NCBI RefSeq assembly: GCF_009914755.1
Contig: NC_060925.1
Source: the human T2T-CHM13v2.0 reference genome, Homo sapiens
Reading direction: 5' to 3' (one strand)
DNA length: 64,000 nucleotides
Shown here: piece after piece, positions 26,111 through 42,879 of the stretch
Layout: each line of letters opens with the position of its first letter
How positions within the stretch are numbered: position 1 is the first letter of the stretch
Made by a program: the position numbers and the translations under genes
Notes under the pieces: generated by a model
Database searches by the model: none
Told to the model about the DNA's origin: nothing
What the model saw: only the letters and a program-made list of their open reading frames with translations

Positions 26111-27123
26111 GGTGTCACCCCACATAATACTTTATAATTACTCATGCTTCAAGGTCCAATTCATGTCATACCTCCTCAGTGGAATCTCTATCCATCCCCA
26201 GGTCAAGTCTTCCCTGTTGCTGCATGCTGTGTACGCCTCTTCCATGGAACCTCTGACTTTGCTGGAACTGTTGTGACCTCTGTGTGTGCTCCTTCCCAAT
26301 AGGTTACACCTTTCTTGAGAACAGAAGCCACATCTTTTATCCTTATTCTGATACTCTCTCATAATCTTTCTGCCCCATAAGTCAGTGTGTTTAATATGTT
26401 TATTAAAGCTATGATATTTAACACTTTTTGCACATTCACATAGAACATTATATTTGGGTCTCACCCAGTTTGGTAAGTATGAACCACATGGGTTACATTA
26501 GCCTCACTTACGGTTGAGAATATATACACTCAGAGAGACTGAAGAATTTGTCCAAGGTCATCCAGCTAGATGGTGTGTTGGGAACAACATTCCAAGCTTG
26601 TAACACCCAATGCAGTGCCCATTGCATGGTTGGATCAAGTTCTTGACGTACTGCTTGGATCCAGTCCCTTTCCACTGAAGTCTGCTCCAAGCCTTATGGC
26701 AGTAAAAATTTCAGACTCCTCCAATACTAATTGAGCACCGACTACATGCCAGGCACTTTGTGGCACTGGCCTAAAGCACCCTAATGCTTTTTGGCATATC
26801 CTAAGCACTGGCTGGAGCCTTCAAGGTGTGTCATCTCCTCCTTTTTCTATTTCCTTGGCTTCTCTTCCTTTGTCTCATTACCATATTCCCCTCTTCATCT
26901 CTGGCTTTTAACATGATGTCCTTTTCCTGCCCAGAGCTCCTAACCCTGAGCAAGGGGAGGTAAGCTCTGACCTGGAGAGTGGCTCTGGGGAGACAGGCCC
27001 CTGTAACACATCTGGAATACAGGGTCAGAGTTGAAGCTTCTTGTTTTGTTGTTGTTGTTTAATTTTTTCCCTAGGATATAGATCCTGAAGAGGCTTCTTG
27101 TTTTAATCACCTTGCATTCACCC

Positions 27124-27568
27124 TGTTGGTGTGGAAGGAATCCCCACCCTAGGTCATGGGATGGCAGAACAAATGACACCTGGCACTGAACAGATGAGAT
27201 AGATAGTTTATTAGTCACATATGCTCACTGCCCAGAAGAGGAAGATACCATATGCTCCACAGGACCACATGGGAGTTGCACTAGGGAACAAGCAGGGGCT
27301 TTGTAGTATCGAGAGGGTGGGGTGCTTCTCAGTTCCCACAGGAGGAGGTGATTGGCTTGTTTGAAAAACTCCACAGGCTGGCAGGAAACTGAACACTGCT
27401 ACTCAGGGATAAGCAGAAACTGTGCCTGGTCCCTTTGAAAAGGAGAGTTGTTTGACTAGAAGATGTTAGCTGCAGGAGTGGAGTAGAGAGGAGAACTTGC
27501 AGTTAGGTCATTTGAAGCCTTCCCAGTTGCACTAGATATCAAGGCAGCACGTAATATTAGGCCTTACC
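27124..27568 (-). mobile_element. ERVL-class solo LTR (MER74/MER76-like)
   Basis: gacacctggcactgaacagatgagatagatagtttattagtcacatat...gaacttgcagttaggtcatttg...tcaaggcagcac. Confidence 0.65.
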
Positions 27569-28361
27569 AAGCTATCTTGCCGTCACCAAGCTATCTTTAT
27601 TTTTTAATAAATTTTTATTTTGGAATTATTTTTAACTTACAAAAAATTACAAATATAGTACAGAAAGTTCCTGTACATACTTCACTCAATTTCCCCTAAC
27701 GCTAGCATCTTATATAACCATGGCTTCTTTATCACACTGGAAATTAGCATTGATATAATACTACTATTACATTACCAACATTATTTGGATTTTACAAGTT
27801 TTCCCACTAATGTTCTTTTTCTCTTCCAGGAATCACCTAGGGTACCATATTGCATTTAATCATCTTGTTTCCTTAGTTTCTGCTGGTCTGGGACGGTCTT
27901 TCAGTCTTTCTTTTTTATGACCTTGATACTTTTGAGGAGTACTGGTAAGATATTTTGTAGAATATCTCCCAATGTGAGTCTGTTGGATGGATTTGCATGC
28001 TTAGACTGAGGTTATGAGTTTTTAAAGATAATACCACAGAGGTGTGATGCTTCTCATCATCATAGCCAGGGTGTATGACATCACTAGTGATGCTAATCCC
28101 ATTGCTTGTTTAAGATGATGTCTGCCAGAGTGCTCCATAAAGCTACTATTTGTCCCTTTCAATATTTTACTCTTTGAAAATAAATCACTAAGTCCAGCCT
28201 GCACTCAAGAGAAGAGGATTTAAGCTCCACTTTCTGAAGGAGGAATGGTCTACCTATACTATTGAAAACTCTTCTGTAAAAAATAATTGTCCCTGCCTCC
28301 CTCATTTATTTATTTATTTATTCAATCACTTATTTAAGCCTGCATGGGCTAGTGAATATAT

Positions 28362-28363
<2 letters not shown>

Positions 28364-28407
<44 letters not shown>
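28364..28407. repeat. (TA)n microsatellite
   Basis: Seen directly. Confidence 0.95.
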
Positions 28408-28494
28408 GTTGTTGTTGTTATAATACAAGCCTATCATCATTTATTTTATTGCTTAAATTCTTCATGCTCTAGGTGGTGTAATTAGGTGTAATCT

Positions 28495-29082
28495 AGATAT
28501 AAATTAGTACAACTACTATAGAACACAGTATGGAGATTCCTTAAAGAACTAAAAGATTACATAAAGAACTAAAAGTAGAACTACCATTCAATTAAGGAAT
28601 CCTGCTACTGGGTTTCTACCCAAAGGAAAGTAAGTCATTATGTGAAAAAGACACACGCATGTGCATGTTTAAAGCAGCACAATTCACAATTGCAAAGATC
28701 TGGAACCAACCTAAGTACCCATCAATCAATGAATGAATAAAGAAAATGTGGTATGTATACACCATGGAATACTACTCAGCCATAAAAAGGAATGAAGTAA
28801 TGTGTTGCAGCAACTATTCTAAGTGAAGTAACTCAAGAATGAAAAACCAAATTTCGTATGTCCTCACTTATAATTGGGAGCTAAGCTATGAGGATGCAAA
28901 GGCCTAAGAATGATATAATGGATTTGGGGGACTTGTGGGGGAAGGTTGAGAGGGGGTAAGAGACAGTGCACACATTGCTTGGATGATGAGTGCACTAACA
29001 TCTCAGAAATCACCACTAAAGAACTTATCCATGTAACTAAAAACCACCTGTACCCCTAAAACTATTGAAATAACATTTAAAA
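28495..29082 (+). mobile_element. L1PB-type 3' fragment
   Basis: ggagattccttaaagaactaaaag...gagctaagctatgaggatgcaaaggc...aaatcaccactaaagaacttatccatgtaac. Confidence 0.88.
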
Positions 29083-29412
29083 TTTCTTTTTTTTTAATTC
29101 TTCCAGCTCTGGCCATTGGGAACTCCTTCAGGTTGGCTTCTGTGTCCTTTTGATGTACCTTAATTTTTTGTTTCCTTAGAACTTCTTTGCTTTCCTTAGG
29201 GGTTCTAAAACTATAAGATGCTCCAGGCTTATCTTGTATTCCTGCTCCCCCTAGAATCTGCCATTTCTCCAAAGGACCCTAAGTTTCCTTTATCAGAGAA
29301 CAATAATTAGAAACCAAAATCTGGCTTCTAGGCATGCTTATTGCTGCTGGGGTATCACTGCATTTAGGACCTCTCAGCAGACAGAGGTAGGAAATATATT
29401 CATGTGTACTAA

Positions 29413-29727
<315 letters not shown>

Positions 29728-29959
29728 CATATACACATATCTATATGTCCTATATCTATCTGCCTACATATACTAAAATCAGTATGAGTTTATACCTCTG
29801 ACTCTGACTCAGCAGCACAAGATTGAGTCTAGCTTTCCCATCTTGTTTATTTGTAACTTGTTATCAGTCTATCCATTTCTGTTTGCCTTTATTCTCCTTA
29901 ATCTTCTACTAGTGTTCATTTTAACTTGATTTCAACTGTAAAAATCCTTTAGGGTTGGG

Positions 29960-30140
29960 CAGAGTTTCTTAAACTTGAGTGAACATCAGAATCCCCAGAG
30001 GGCTGGTTAAAATGAGGACTGCTGGGCCCAACCTCAGAGCTTCGCATTCAATAGGTCTAGGCTGGAGCCAAGTAATTTGCATTTCTAACATGTTCCCAGG
30101 TGATGCTGCTGGTCTGGAGACCTCATTTGGAGAACCTCTG
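29960..30140. mobile_element. MER5A
   Basis: cagagtttcttaaacttgagtgaacatcagaatc...tgcatttctaacatgttcccaggtgatgctgctggtctg. Confidence 0.85.
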
Positions 30141-30690
30141 ATCTACAGAAACCCTGGACTAAGAGGCAAACCCCTTCTCAGTACTCTCATAGTCCTTTAT
30201 ACATATTTCCAATATCTCAGTCTATAAGAATGATTCAGTTGCATTTCTACTCCCCAGTAGACTATGAGCTCCTTGCAGGCTAGGATTGTGACTTTCTCAT
30301 CTCTGTAGTGCCTGAACCTGGCAAAATGTCTGGCACACAGTAGGTTCATATTAAATATTTGTTGAATGAATAAGTACAAGTTTCACATGTGTACCCCATC
30401 TTTATTTCTGCTAAGCAGAAAGGAGTGCAGGAAAGGTCAGAGATGAAAAACTGAGATCCATTTGATCTCCTCATTGCCTTCCTCTTCCTCTGATGGCAGA
30501 GAGAGGAGAGAAAGAGAGCCAGCAAGGTTAGGATGGGGTCAGAGCCCACTGCCCCCACCTGTTTAAGAGCTTGAAGTTCTTAAACTTGCTCTTTAAAGCT
30601 TGAAGGCATTAACTTCAGTGAAACTTCAGGGATTTTAATATCAGAGCAAGTATCTAAGAGGGTATTTCTAACTTTGAAGCCACAAGAAGG

Positions 30691-30793
30691 AAAAAAATAT
30701 ATATATATAAATATATATTTTTATATATTAAATATATAATATATTTATATATATTTTTATATATTAAATATATAATATATTTATATATATTTT
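30691..30793. repeat. Pure-AT tract with a 36-bp tandem repeat (~2.3 copies)
   Basis: atatatatttttatatattaaatatataatatattt at 30711-30746 and 30747-30782. Confidence 0.9.
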
Positions 30794-30906
30794 AAGGTTC
30801 ATATGGATGATTTTTATTACATATCAGAATTAACCTATTCTTTCTGTAGAAATGAAAGTGAGAGTCAATAGGTAACTATATTATATACCAATCTATTTTT
30901 GTCACA

Positions 30907-31292
30907 ATTTATTTTATTTTATTTTTTTTTAATTATACTAAGTTCTGGGATACATATGCAGAACGTGCAGGTTTGTTACATAGGTATACACGTGCCATGG
31001 TGGTTTGCTGCACCCATCAACTCGTCATCTACATTAGGTATTTCTCCTAATACTGTCCCTCCCCTAGCCCTTCACCCCTCAACAGGCCCCAGTGTGTGTT
31101 TTTCCCCTCCCTGTGTCCATGTGTCCTCATTGTTCAACTCCCACTTATGAGTGAGAACATGCAATGTTTGGTTTTCTGTTCCTGTGTTAGTTTGCTGAGA
31201 GTGATGGTTTCCAGCTTCATCTATGTCCCTGCAAAGGATGTGCACTCATCCTTTTTATGGCTGCATAGTATTCCATGGTGCACATGTGCCAC
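30907..31292 (-). mobile_element. L1PA (PA7-like) 3' end
   Basis: aagttctgggatacatatgcagaacgtgcaggtttgttacataggtatacacgtgccatggtggtttgctgcacccatcaac. Confidence 0.93.
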
Positions 31293-31749
31293 AACAAATA
31301 AACATGATAAAATCATATCTAGTTAATGTGGTGGTATATCTTACCTAAGCATTTATGTCTATAAAAATGAATTTATGTGATTATCTGCTTTACATTTTAG
31401 TATCAAAAGAAGTTATATGTATATTTTAAAATAAACTACACCTGTGGCTAAGCTTAGTGTCTGAAATGGTATCACCAGAGTAACTGGCAACACCTGTACT
31501 AGTGGCACACTGTGACTCCAGGTTTACATAACTCAGCGGACTCCTCAAGTTTCTGTAAAGCTAACTGCAAGCCTATACCTCTCAGAGAATAATATTTTTC
31601 TTAAAAGTTTCATTGCTTTCTTCAAAAAGTGTTTGAGCATGACTATGTGTAAAGCATTGGCCATGGAGGATACAGTATGATCCCTGTTCATGAGAAGCTA
31701 ACATTCTAGATATTAGCTAATACTCTAGATTCAACAAGGAAAGTGATCA

Positions 31750-32859
<1,110 letters not shown>

Positions 32860-33231
32860 TCAAGGCCTCACACAGGCCAGCTAACATCTCGGGCTTCAGT
32901 GCTTGGAAGCCATTTAGGGGTGATTTTAAGACTCTTCCAGAAACCCAGGGGCTCATCCAGAGAGGAAAGGGACTTCATTCAGCTTCCTTGCTTATAAACC
33001 TAAGCAACCATGGGTGAAGAATCCCTGCAAAGAAAGAAGAAATATATACTTGTCAAAATGGAGATGTTCGCTTGAGTCTTCCTACCAGGAAAAGAAGAGG
33101 AAGTTGGGGGGAAGGAAGAAGACTAGCTTTGAGCATAGAATTTCATACATTACAAACGGGGCTGCACTGCAAAACCACACAGCCCTGTGATTTAAGCTCC
33201 TCGTGTAGTCTCAGTGAGTTCCTGGGTCTTC

Positions 33232-33633
33232 TTATAGACTGATTTGTATCCCCCTGCCTAAATTCCTATATTGAATCTTAAACCCCAGTACCTCGGAATG
33301 TGACTATAGAGATAGGGCCTTTAAAGAGGTGATGAAGCTCAAATGAGGCTGTTGGGGTGGGCCCTAATCCAATGTGACTGGTGTCCTTATAAAAAGAAGA
33401 GATGAGGACACAAAAAGAGGCACGAGGAACAAGAGTGCACAGAGAGAGGACCCCATGCAGAGGCAGCAAGAGGACTGCCATCTGTAAGCCAAGCAGAGAT
33501 GCCACAGAGGAAATCAACCTTGCTGGTACCTTGAGCTTGGACTCCCAGCCTCCAGAACTGTGAGAAAATTGATTTCTCATGTTTAAGCTGCCCATTGTGA
33601 AACTTTATCATGGCAACCCTAGCAGACAAAACA
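33232..33633 (+). mobile_element. MLT1B-like MaLR LTR
   Basis: ccccagtacctcggaatgtgact...gggccctaatccaatgtgactggtgtccttataa...cagcctccagaactgtgag. Confidence 0.88.
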
Positions 33634-33875
33634 CTGGGGAAAGAGCTCCCATACAATTTGAATGTGGTGTCCCGGGAGGGCCTCAACACATGCCAGCTAA
33701 ATCACTGCTGTTTCATTCCTACATCACAACCTGACCTCAGACCATTACTACAAGATACTAACATTTGAGTTTTCCCACCTGCCAGACACTATATTAGGCT
33801 GCTTTCTCACATATTACCTCATTTAATTGTTAATGCAAACCTGAGGCTCAAAAGAGGTTAAGTAGTTTCCCCAAG

Positions 33876-34553
<678 letters not shown>

Positions 34554-37500
34554 CCAAGATCATTGAGGTAGGGCATGCAGGACCCAAGGTAGAAGCCTAG
34601 GTCTGGTTCCAGGTCTGTGGTTCTCTCTCACACCAGGCCAGGGGTATCCATGGGAGTTGTTAAAGACCAGAGATGTTAAGGACTGCATGCCACTCTCACT
34701 TTCGAAAGTCAGCTCAGTCCTCCCAGCAATATAGTCACTGGGGTTTATAAGTCCTGTGACATAGAGAGGAAAAATATGTATTAAGTCCTAATTCTATCTT
34801 TACTGGACCTTTCAAGTCCAATTCTTAACTGACCACCAACACTATTTAGTAGCTAGTTATGAGGCATATATAACTCCAAAGATATTATTAAGGAATCACT
34901 TAAGAAAGTATTATTGCTTTCTGGATAATAGGCCACTTTGTTCTATTCAGCTCAGTTTGCTGAGGACAACTCTATCTGGAGCTCCTTGTCAATATCTATT
35001 TTTAATGGGATATATTTATAATTGGATGTATTTATAACCTCATTTTCATGGGCACTTGTTTTCTTTCCAGAATCACACAGGCATTTTAATAGATTGGCTA
35101 AGGCAGTAGAGAAGTGACTAGAAACAGTTTGGGCCTGATTGTCTGTGAAACCTGAGAATCCTCACTCCTCCAATGCTGGTGCCTGTGACACTTTGGGAAG
35201 ACAGCAACTTCACCACTGTGCGCTGGTTCTGATTTCTATAAAAGACATACATCCTTCCTGGAAGGGACAGAGGACACCAGGGTGATTAAAAGTTTTAGTA
35301 CATACTGAGAGGAAACTTCAGTGGAAATTCCTATGATTTAATTCAGTTTGGCAAACATTTATTATCCATCTATTACATGCTAAGCACAGATTCATTGACT
35401 GAGGTATATTAATTTTAGCAAAATTATTGAACATAAGCATCAGAGCTGGAAGAAATCTTAAGAGATCATGTAGTCAGATACTCTCACTTTAGAGATGAAG
35501 AGCATGAAGTCCAGACAGGGGAAGTGGCTTGTCCAAGGTCAAATCATTGGTTCCTGGCAGGCAAGGAGCTAGAATCTTTCTGAATCCTAGCCCAGTGGTT
35601 CCAATATACTCTACAGCAGTAAGACCCTTATCAGAGTATCATGTCCAACTTAGTTCACCACATTGTGAAAACCATGTACACATCTGGAAGAGATCCATAA
35701 AAAATAACCGAAATTGCCACAGGATGGAAAATAGATTTTTTAATTAAGTAGCAAAGATTCCAGCTGAATATGAGGAAGCAGTTTTTGGCTACCAGGGTTA
35801 TGAAATATCAAAATGAGCAAATCAAATGAAAGCACATCCAAAAATTTTCAAAAGGACAAAAGATAAGCATCTATTTTCGATTGTTGGAGGGTCACCTGCC
35901 CCCAAACAGGGTGCTGGAACAAATAATCTCTCAATTTTACCCAGCTCTATTCGAATTCATTTATGATTCTATGTGCCTTCTATAAGGCTTTTGCCAAACA
36001 AACTGCTGTTACTGCATCATCGATCTTATCATTTGTTGAAATTTCCTCTTAAAACCATTTCTTTGCCCTCTTGTTTTTGTTTTATTTTGTTTTGTTTCTT
36101 TTTTTTTTTTTTTAATTTCGAAAAGACTTTGCAATGGGCTGAAGCAAAATCTGAGATATCTGAATTGTAAGATTTGGGGATTTTTTAAAAAATTGCCAGA
36201 GGTGACATGCTAAGAGATTAGACCCCTGACAGTAACCACAGGTCTAGGCCAGCAAAAGGTCAAGTCCAGAGTGAAGCTGGCTGACAGATACCATAGATAC
36301 AGACAGGCAGGGGCCTGGAGATCAAAGCAGCATTATCAGCCACAGCAGAACTCTGACCTTAGAGCAGAATGGCCATTTGCTTTCAATACTTTTTACGTAA
36401 TCTCCTAAATATAGGTCACTTGAAGTTTAAGAGACACGTCAGAAGCAGAATGGTGTCAGAGACTTGACAACCGTAGGGTTAGAGATGCTAGGACTACCTC
36501 GCAAGAGGTCATCCTGTTCATCTCCCTTTGCCTGCGAGGCCACATTAACACCCCCAAAATTGCCCTGGGTACATTCAGGAAGAAAGTTTGAAGCATTTAA
36601 GGGGCATCCAACACAATAATGAGATATCCTTCTGCATATCAAAAATGAGATAATGCTAAACCCCCACGTTATAAAGGGATCGGTCTCTACTCCTTTCTAT
36701 TGTCTTTAAAGAGATCTTTAAAAGGCAACTCTGCAATGCTCCTAAATAAATGCCAACAACCACCTCCATCCCTCACTCAGACCCTCTTCAGTCCCTCTTC
36801 CCTACTCCTTCTGGGACCCATCTCAGTCTCTGTGTCTCACTGAGGTTGAACAACAACCAAATACATATTACTAGAGAATCGATCTCCCAAGGTATTGTTT
36901 CTCCCTCACAAAAACTAGAATAGGCCAACCAGCCTGCCCCTTGAACCCGTAACTATTGCTCTGTTGAGAATGAATCTTCATAGCTGTCAAATGTCAGAGT
37001 GACAGACCCTCACATCTCTGCTAAATGTCACTTGCTAAAAGTCAAGGCTGAAAGGATGTACATCATGACAGAGGCAAAGAGGAGCATATTCACCTCTTAG
37101 GCTTCCATATGTTCTTGGACACTTGCCTCCTCCTGGGCTTTGGTTTAGCTTTCTGTGTTCAAAGATTTTTGCAAAAGTACCGGATGTTAGAGAAGCAAAT
37201 CAAACCTACCAAAAATCTCCAGATGCTAAATCCATTTGTTTCAAGGCTCCCCCAAAAGCTGTTGGGGAACTCACATGAAAACAGGTTCCTGTTCCAAAGA
37301 GTTGTGAGGTTTAATTCATTTCATCGGACTCAAGGCTCATCCTGAAACCCCACATCCTGTTGATGTCACTTACTTTTGTGCCAGAAGAGAGAAGATAGTT
37401 TAGACTTGATGAATTTTCCTTCCCTCGCAGCCTGTGCTGTGTTGAGTTTCTGCTTATGTTCACACCAGAAAAAAATGTTAAGAAAAAAGCTACTAGATTT

Positions 37501-38377
37501 TCCCTCGTTCCTCCCCCACTATACCCCAGTAAGAATTCTTTCTATATGAAGAATGTGTGTACAAGCATGCACATGTATGTTTACACACACACATACAAAC
37601 ACACACATGCACAACTCACAAATATTTGGCAGATACTCAAATCCTTCTCTTTAAAAGCAACTGAGCCACTTTCAAGAGACTCCAGAAAGCTGACTCCACA
37701 ACCTCCAGGTAAACCTTGTTACTATTTACCTCTATGTGTTTTCCTGAATCCCCATGAAACTAGTCTCCTTGAGGGCAGGGATTCTGTCTTTATTTTAGAT
37801 TCCTAACACCTGGCCCTGTGTCTATACATGATAGTCACCCAATAAATTATTTTTTGAATGAATGGAAATCTCTTCTTTATTCTGGAGACCATCCCTAGCT
37901 ACTTTCCTAAATATCTTCAGGAGCATCTTTACCTCCATGGTGCCCAAGTCACACCTCTATATCTAGGAAAATCAGAACAGAAATTTCCAAAATAACATTA
38001 GGATGCTGTGTGGCTAGTTAGTATCAAAGCCAAATTCTTATCTAGCACTGTTATGCCATATCTCCAGTTTGAGTGTGCCATCTCTTTCCTGCAGGGACCT
38101 AGACTCATACATTCACCCCAGGCTCCTTCTAGCTGACCCAAAGTAAACAAACAAAAAAGTTTCCAGGAGGTGTTTTCAATTACATCTGCCTTGCATATAG
38201 TAAGCGTTCAATAAATATTAGATTAAATCATAAAATCATATTGTCAATAACCTCTATCACCTCCAGCTATAGGTAAGTAAATTATTTTCTCTGAATTTTA
38301 AAAGTTTGGGTTAGAACATGAGAGATTTTAAGAAATAAGAATCTTATTTTAAGTTGACAAGTCATTTCTTATTAGAT

Positions 38378-38562
38378 CCATGGTTCTCAATGTTAGCTGC
38401 ATAATAAAAAAGTATTAAGCCTGATGTACTTTTATAGTAGTAATCCTTCAGCCCATCCCCCCAAATTCTGATTTAATTAGTCTGAAGTGGATTCCAGGCA
38501 CTGGCAATTTTTTTATAGCTCCCCAGGTGATTCTAAAGGGCATCTAGGGTTGCAAATCACCG
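38378..38562. mobile_element. MER5-family relic
   Basis: catggttctcaa...ttctgatttaattagtctg...ctccccaggtgattcta. Confidence 0.75.
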
Positions 38563-38807
38563 TTCTTGGCAGAACCCAGCTTCTCCTTCCCAGGGGTGAT
38601 AAATCTCTGCCTTAGCCATAATGAGGTTGCAAGGTGAAGAGAAGAGTGTATGGATTATTGGGAGAAAAGATACCCAAAGAAGTATTTTAAAAATATTTCC
38701 CTCTTAAACATAAATTTGTTGAATATGTAAAATGAAATAAAAATGCTAGAGCAATAAGGTCACAGCAAAAAAGTTCCCAGCTCAGAGCCCTCTTTTACAG
38801 TCAGGTG

Positions 38808-38983
38808 CAACGGTTCTCAACCAAGCTGCCTGTGAGACTCAGCTGAGGAACATTTGAAAATATTAGTGCTCTGGGTCCACTCCAGACCAATTCTATCAGA
38901 ATCTCTGGGGTGGGGCCCAGGCATCAATGTATTTTTTTTTAATTCCCCAGGTGAGTCTAATGTGGTCAGAGTTGGGGACCATT
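38808..38983. mobile_element. MER5-family relic
   Basis: cggttctcaacc...atcagaatctctggggtggggcccaggcatc...ccccaggtgagtctaatgtg. Confidence 0.8.
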
Positions 38984-39398
38984 AGTCTGGATAAGGCAAT
39001 TTTCTAAATATCTTGAAATTTGGATCATAGATTGTTCCTTTTCTTAATACAAGAAGACATTTAAATTTTTATACATGGACCTGAACACCTTGAAGTTTTG
39101 TCTATAAAATGTGATTAAATGGTATTTTGGGTAAGCCTGGCTATGAATTTTAATTGGAATGTGGCAAACAGGGTGAGCTGGATAAAAAATAGTAAGTTTC
39201 CATGGATGGTTGCTGACATGCAATGTAGACATTTAGTTGATAACCAGGTATCTTGTAGGGTAATGCTGGCACATGTCTGGATGTGCCCTTCACCCAAAAT
39301 GATGTCTCTCTTGGACGCATGGCTCCCACATGAAGTGAGTTATGTAAAAAAATGTTTCTCTGGTAGAAACGTATCACCAGCTAAATATTCGTAGAGAG

Positions 39399-39696
39399 GG
39401 CCAGGCACGGTGGCTCATGCCTGTAATCCCAGCACTTTCGGATACTGAGGCAGGTGGATCACTTGAGGTCAGGAGTTCAAGACCAACCTGGCCAACATGG
39501 TGAAATCCAGTCTCTACTAAAAATACAAAAATTAGCTGGGCATGGTGGTGCAAGTCTGTGATCCCAGCTACTCGGAAGGCTGAGGCAAGAGAAGCGCTTG
39601 ATCCCAGGAGTTGGAGGTTACAGTGAGCCGAGATCACACCACTGCACACCAGCCTGGGTGACAGAGTGAGACTCCATCTCAAAAAAAAAAAAAAAA
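39399..39696 (+). mobile_element. AluS (Sx/Sz-like)
   Basis: Full dimer, poly-A, TSD core gtagagag. Confidence 0.96.
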
Positions 39697-40132
39697 TGTA
39701 GAGAGTATTTTCCATTTTCCCATTAACAAGGTGAATCAAAGTAGTGTGCAAGGTTTCCAGAGGAGAAACAGAATTCAAGCATGCTAGGCTGACAATGGAG
39801 AAGCAGAAAAGGAGCCAGTGTTTGACTCAAAGGCCCAAGCATAATAAACATGTAGACTGGTCTGAAGATCATGCAGAAAGCATCAGTGTATTGGCCATTG
39901 AATCACTGTTTTCCTTAAAATGAAATCCATTTCTTAAAATTACTTTGTAAACTAACATTTTCAAGTATACTTTTAATTTATGGCAAAACCACAATAAAGA
40001 GAGGCAAGTTAGTGTGACATAAGGGCATTTATTAAGAGTCAGGTTTTGACACTAGCTACGTGACTTGGGCAACATTTTTTATCTCAATATCTGGGTTTCC
40101 ATTTCTTCATATGTAAAATGAGTCTAGTTTGA

Positions 40133-40305
40133 TTCTTCTCAACCTTGGTTGATCAGCAGAATCCCTAAGGAGGTGTTAAAACATACCACTTTCTGGGTAT
40201 CTCTCCCAGATAGTATGATTTAACTGGTCTGGAATGGGGCCCAGGCATCAGTATTTCTAAAATATTTCCAAGTGAATCCAAAGTGGGCACAAGCTGAGAA
40301 GCATT
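40133..40305. mobile_element. MER5-family relic
   Basis: ttctcaaccttggttg...tgatttaactggtctggaatggggcccaggcatcagtattt. Confidence 0.7.
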
Positions 40306-42879
40306 GCACTGGATGAGCTCGATGCTCCTTTCAGCTCTCATCTTCCTTTGGCTCAGGAGTCTTCGCTTCTGGGAGTGTCTGAGCCATTGGAAAACTTAGT
40401 AACCAATGATGGATACATCCCACAACACTTGAGGCTCGTACTTTGCCTCTTAAGAGGGTCACCATTTCTTTTTTTAAAAAATGAATATATCTATCCATCA
40501 AGTTAAAAAATCTAAAGCAGCTTTAAAAATAGGTTTCGAAATATGCTGTGCCTCTGACATTTTGTACTGTCCTGAGAAGATACTCAATAGCCCTTCCCAT
40601 AGTGTCACCAAAAGCTTTCTTTATTCCACTTCAACCCTTCCCTATGTCTTTCGGGCATTTAGGCCTTGGGCCCACATTTGTTTCACAGTTGAACTCGAAG
40701 TGCTGATTCCTATTTCAGTTTGGATTTGCTGCCAGGTCTCCCAGCCCAAGTTCAGTTTCCCATGGGCTGGCTGAACCACCAGTGTAAAACAGCAAGATAA
40801 CATCCCAGAGCTGGAGCTCCTCCAGCCATGTTATGTCAGGAGAACCGAGTCCATGTTGGCCTCACAGGGTCACTGTGTTCTCACAGCCAGGAAGCCACCC
40901 TGGAAGCACATGGATGGATGGCTCCAGCATTTCATTTCAACGCCATCCAGTCTCTCATTCCAGCTGTCGAGAGCAAACCAAAGGGAGAAGAGAAAAAAAA
41001 AAAGTCCAAAGAAGCACTAGTTCAAGGCCAGTTTCAGAAATCAAGTGTTTAAATAAAAGTTATCCAGACTGAAATTCTGGACTCTGATAAATTACAAAAT
41101 TAAAACCAGAATAAAGGTAGGTAGCTCTGAACACTCTGGTCAGTAAGTTTCTGAGTTAATTGACCGAACTGTCCAGTTAATTGCTTCCACCCGCACTTCC
41201 TTTTGGTTATGGAGACAGTTTCTCTACAGAAACAATTGCTTTCCCACCTGAAGGTTAAAATAGCAATGTAAAACTATACCTGGCAAAAAGTTTGATCTTT
41301 AGATCAAGGGATTAGATTGGTTTTAGTTAGGTAAATTTTATAGCCTGGAGAAAACTATTTTCAAATTGCTGCAATATTTTTGTAAACCCAAGATTTTCTC
41401 AGTATACGAAAGAGTTAGCAGGGCCACCCAGGTCTTTACATGGAGTTGGCCTGGAGTTTCTGCTTACCCACATAATCCTCATTTTCAAGATTAAAAATCA
41501 TAGTAATAAGAACATTTCTTGAGTTTTGTCATTATTCATCATTAGATTTGTCTAGATCATGCCAGAAGTAGAAACAAAATAAGATAGAAACAGAGTGCTT
41601 AGGAAAAGATCAGGGACAGATTGAAACATGGCCCACTAAGCAGGTCAGCCAGTTACCCTGCTCTTAGGCTACTATGCCAGCTGTCGCCCACTACATCCTT
41701 ACCCTGGTGCCACTCATCACCATGCCCAAGGAAAATGTCCAAAGGAAATCTCCAACCCTACAGAATAGTGAACGAGTACCCAGTTACCTTTAGGATTAAC
41801 CTACCCTGATAACACAGAATGTGGAATTCCCCTAGAAATACTGAGGCCAAGAAGAGGCACCAGATCTCATTTGGGGAACACAGGCTGATGATTTTCCAAA
41901 CTATTCGAGTGTTGGATGCCCACAGACGCTGTGCTATCTGCACCGTAAGGCTGTATAGCTCACTGGTGAAGAACATAGGACTTAGAAGACTAATCTTGGT
42001 TCCATTCCCAAGTTCTACGTTCACTTGCAGGGAGATCTTAGACAAATTACACAAATTATTGAGCCTCAGTTTCTTCCTCTGTAAATGGAATATGGGGTTT
42101 GAGGCAATGCACAGCTGAAAAATAAGAGGGTCTTAAGAAATTATAGTTATCTTTACTATCCTTTATAATTACCTAGAATGATGAAACTATAACTGAATCC
42201 ATTATGGGAAGGATTCTCAGAGCCATATTTTGTGGATTGGCTTAAGTTTTCAGTGAGTGCTTTCGGCACTTCAAATTGTACACCAAAGCAGGGCATGTGG
42301 TACAAAGCACTGGCATTGGCAAAGGCTAACATAGATATTGCCTGGGAAATGAGTAGGAGGCATAGCCATCAATGGCTCTTAAGCCTGATTCATACTAACC
42401 AGGGCAAGGCCAAGGTGGCTCCATTAAACACCTTCACTAAGGATATTTTCCAAGGAAACACTTTTATAACTTTCAGATACAAGCTAAAAGTGACATTGGG
42501 TTAAGGAAACGTCTTAAACAATTTTTCTTTTTTTGGAGATTGCTTTAGCAGTTAGATTGAATTTATGATTGGCACATCAGCTCTTTGCATATGAAAGCAA
42601 GAGCCTCTAACATGTTAGAATGGATTTAAAAAGTTATACTCCAGTATTTTAAAGTTTTTTTTTAAACATTCTATTGGTGATATGTGTAAGCCTCATAAGT
42701 TTTTGTTCCCTAGGCAAAACAAAGATGAACTCCAGGTCCTGACCAAATTAGCACTTACGTTCATCAAAAAATGGGGGTAGTAGTGTCACTTTCCTTAAAG
42801 GACTGAGCTGAGGCTTGTAAAGCATTTAGCAAAGCATTCAGCACAGCATAAATGCTCCCAGTCAAGGTTAACTGTTGTT

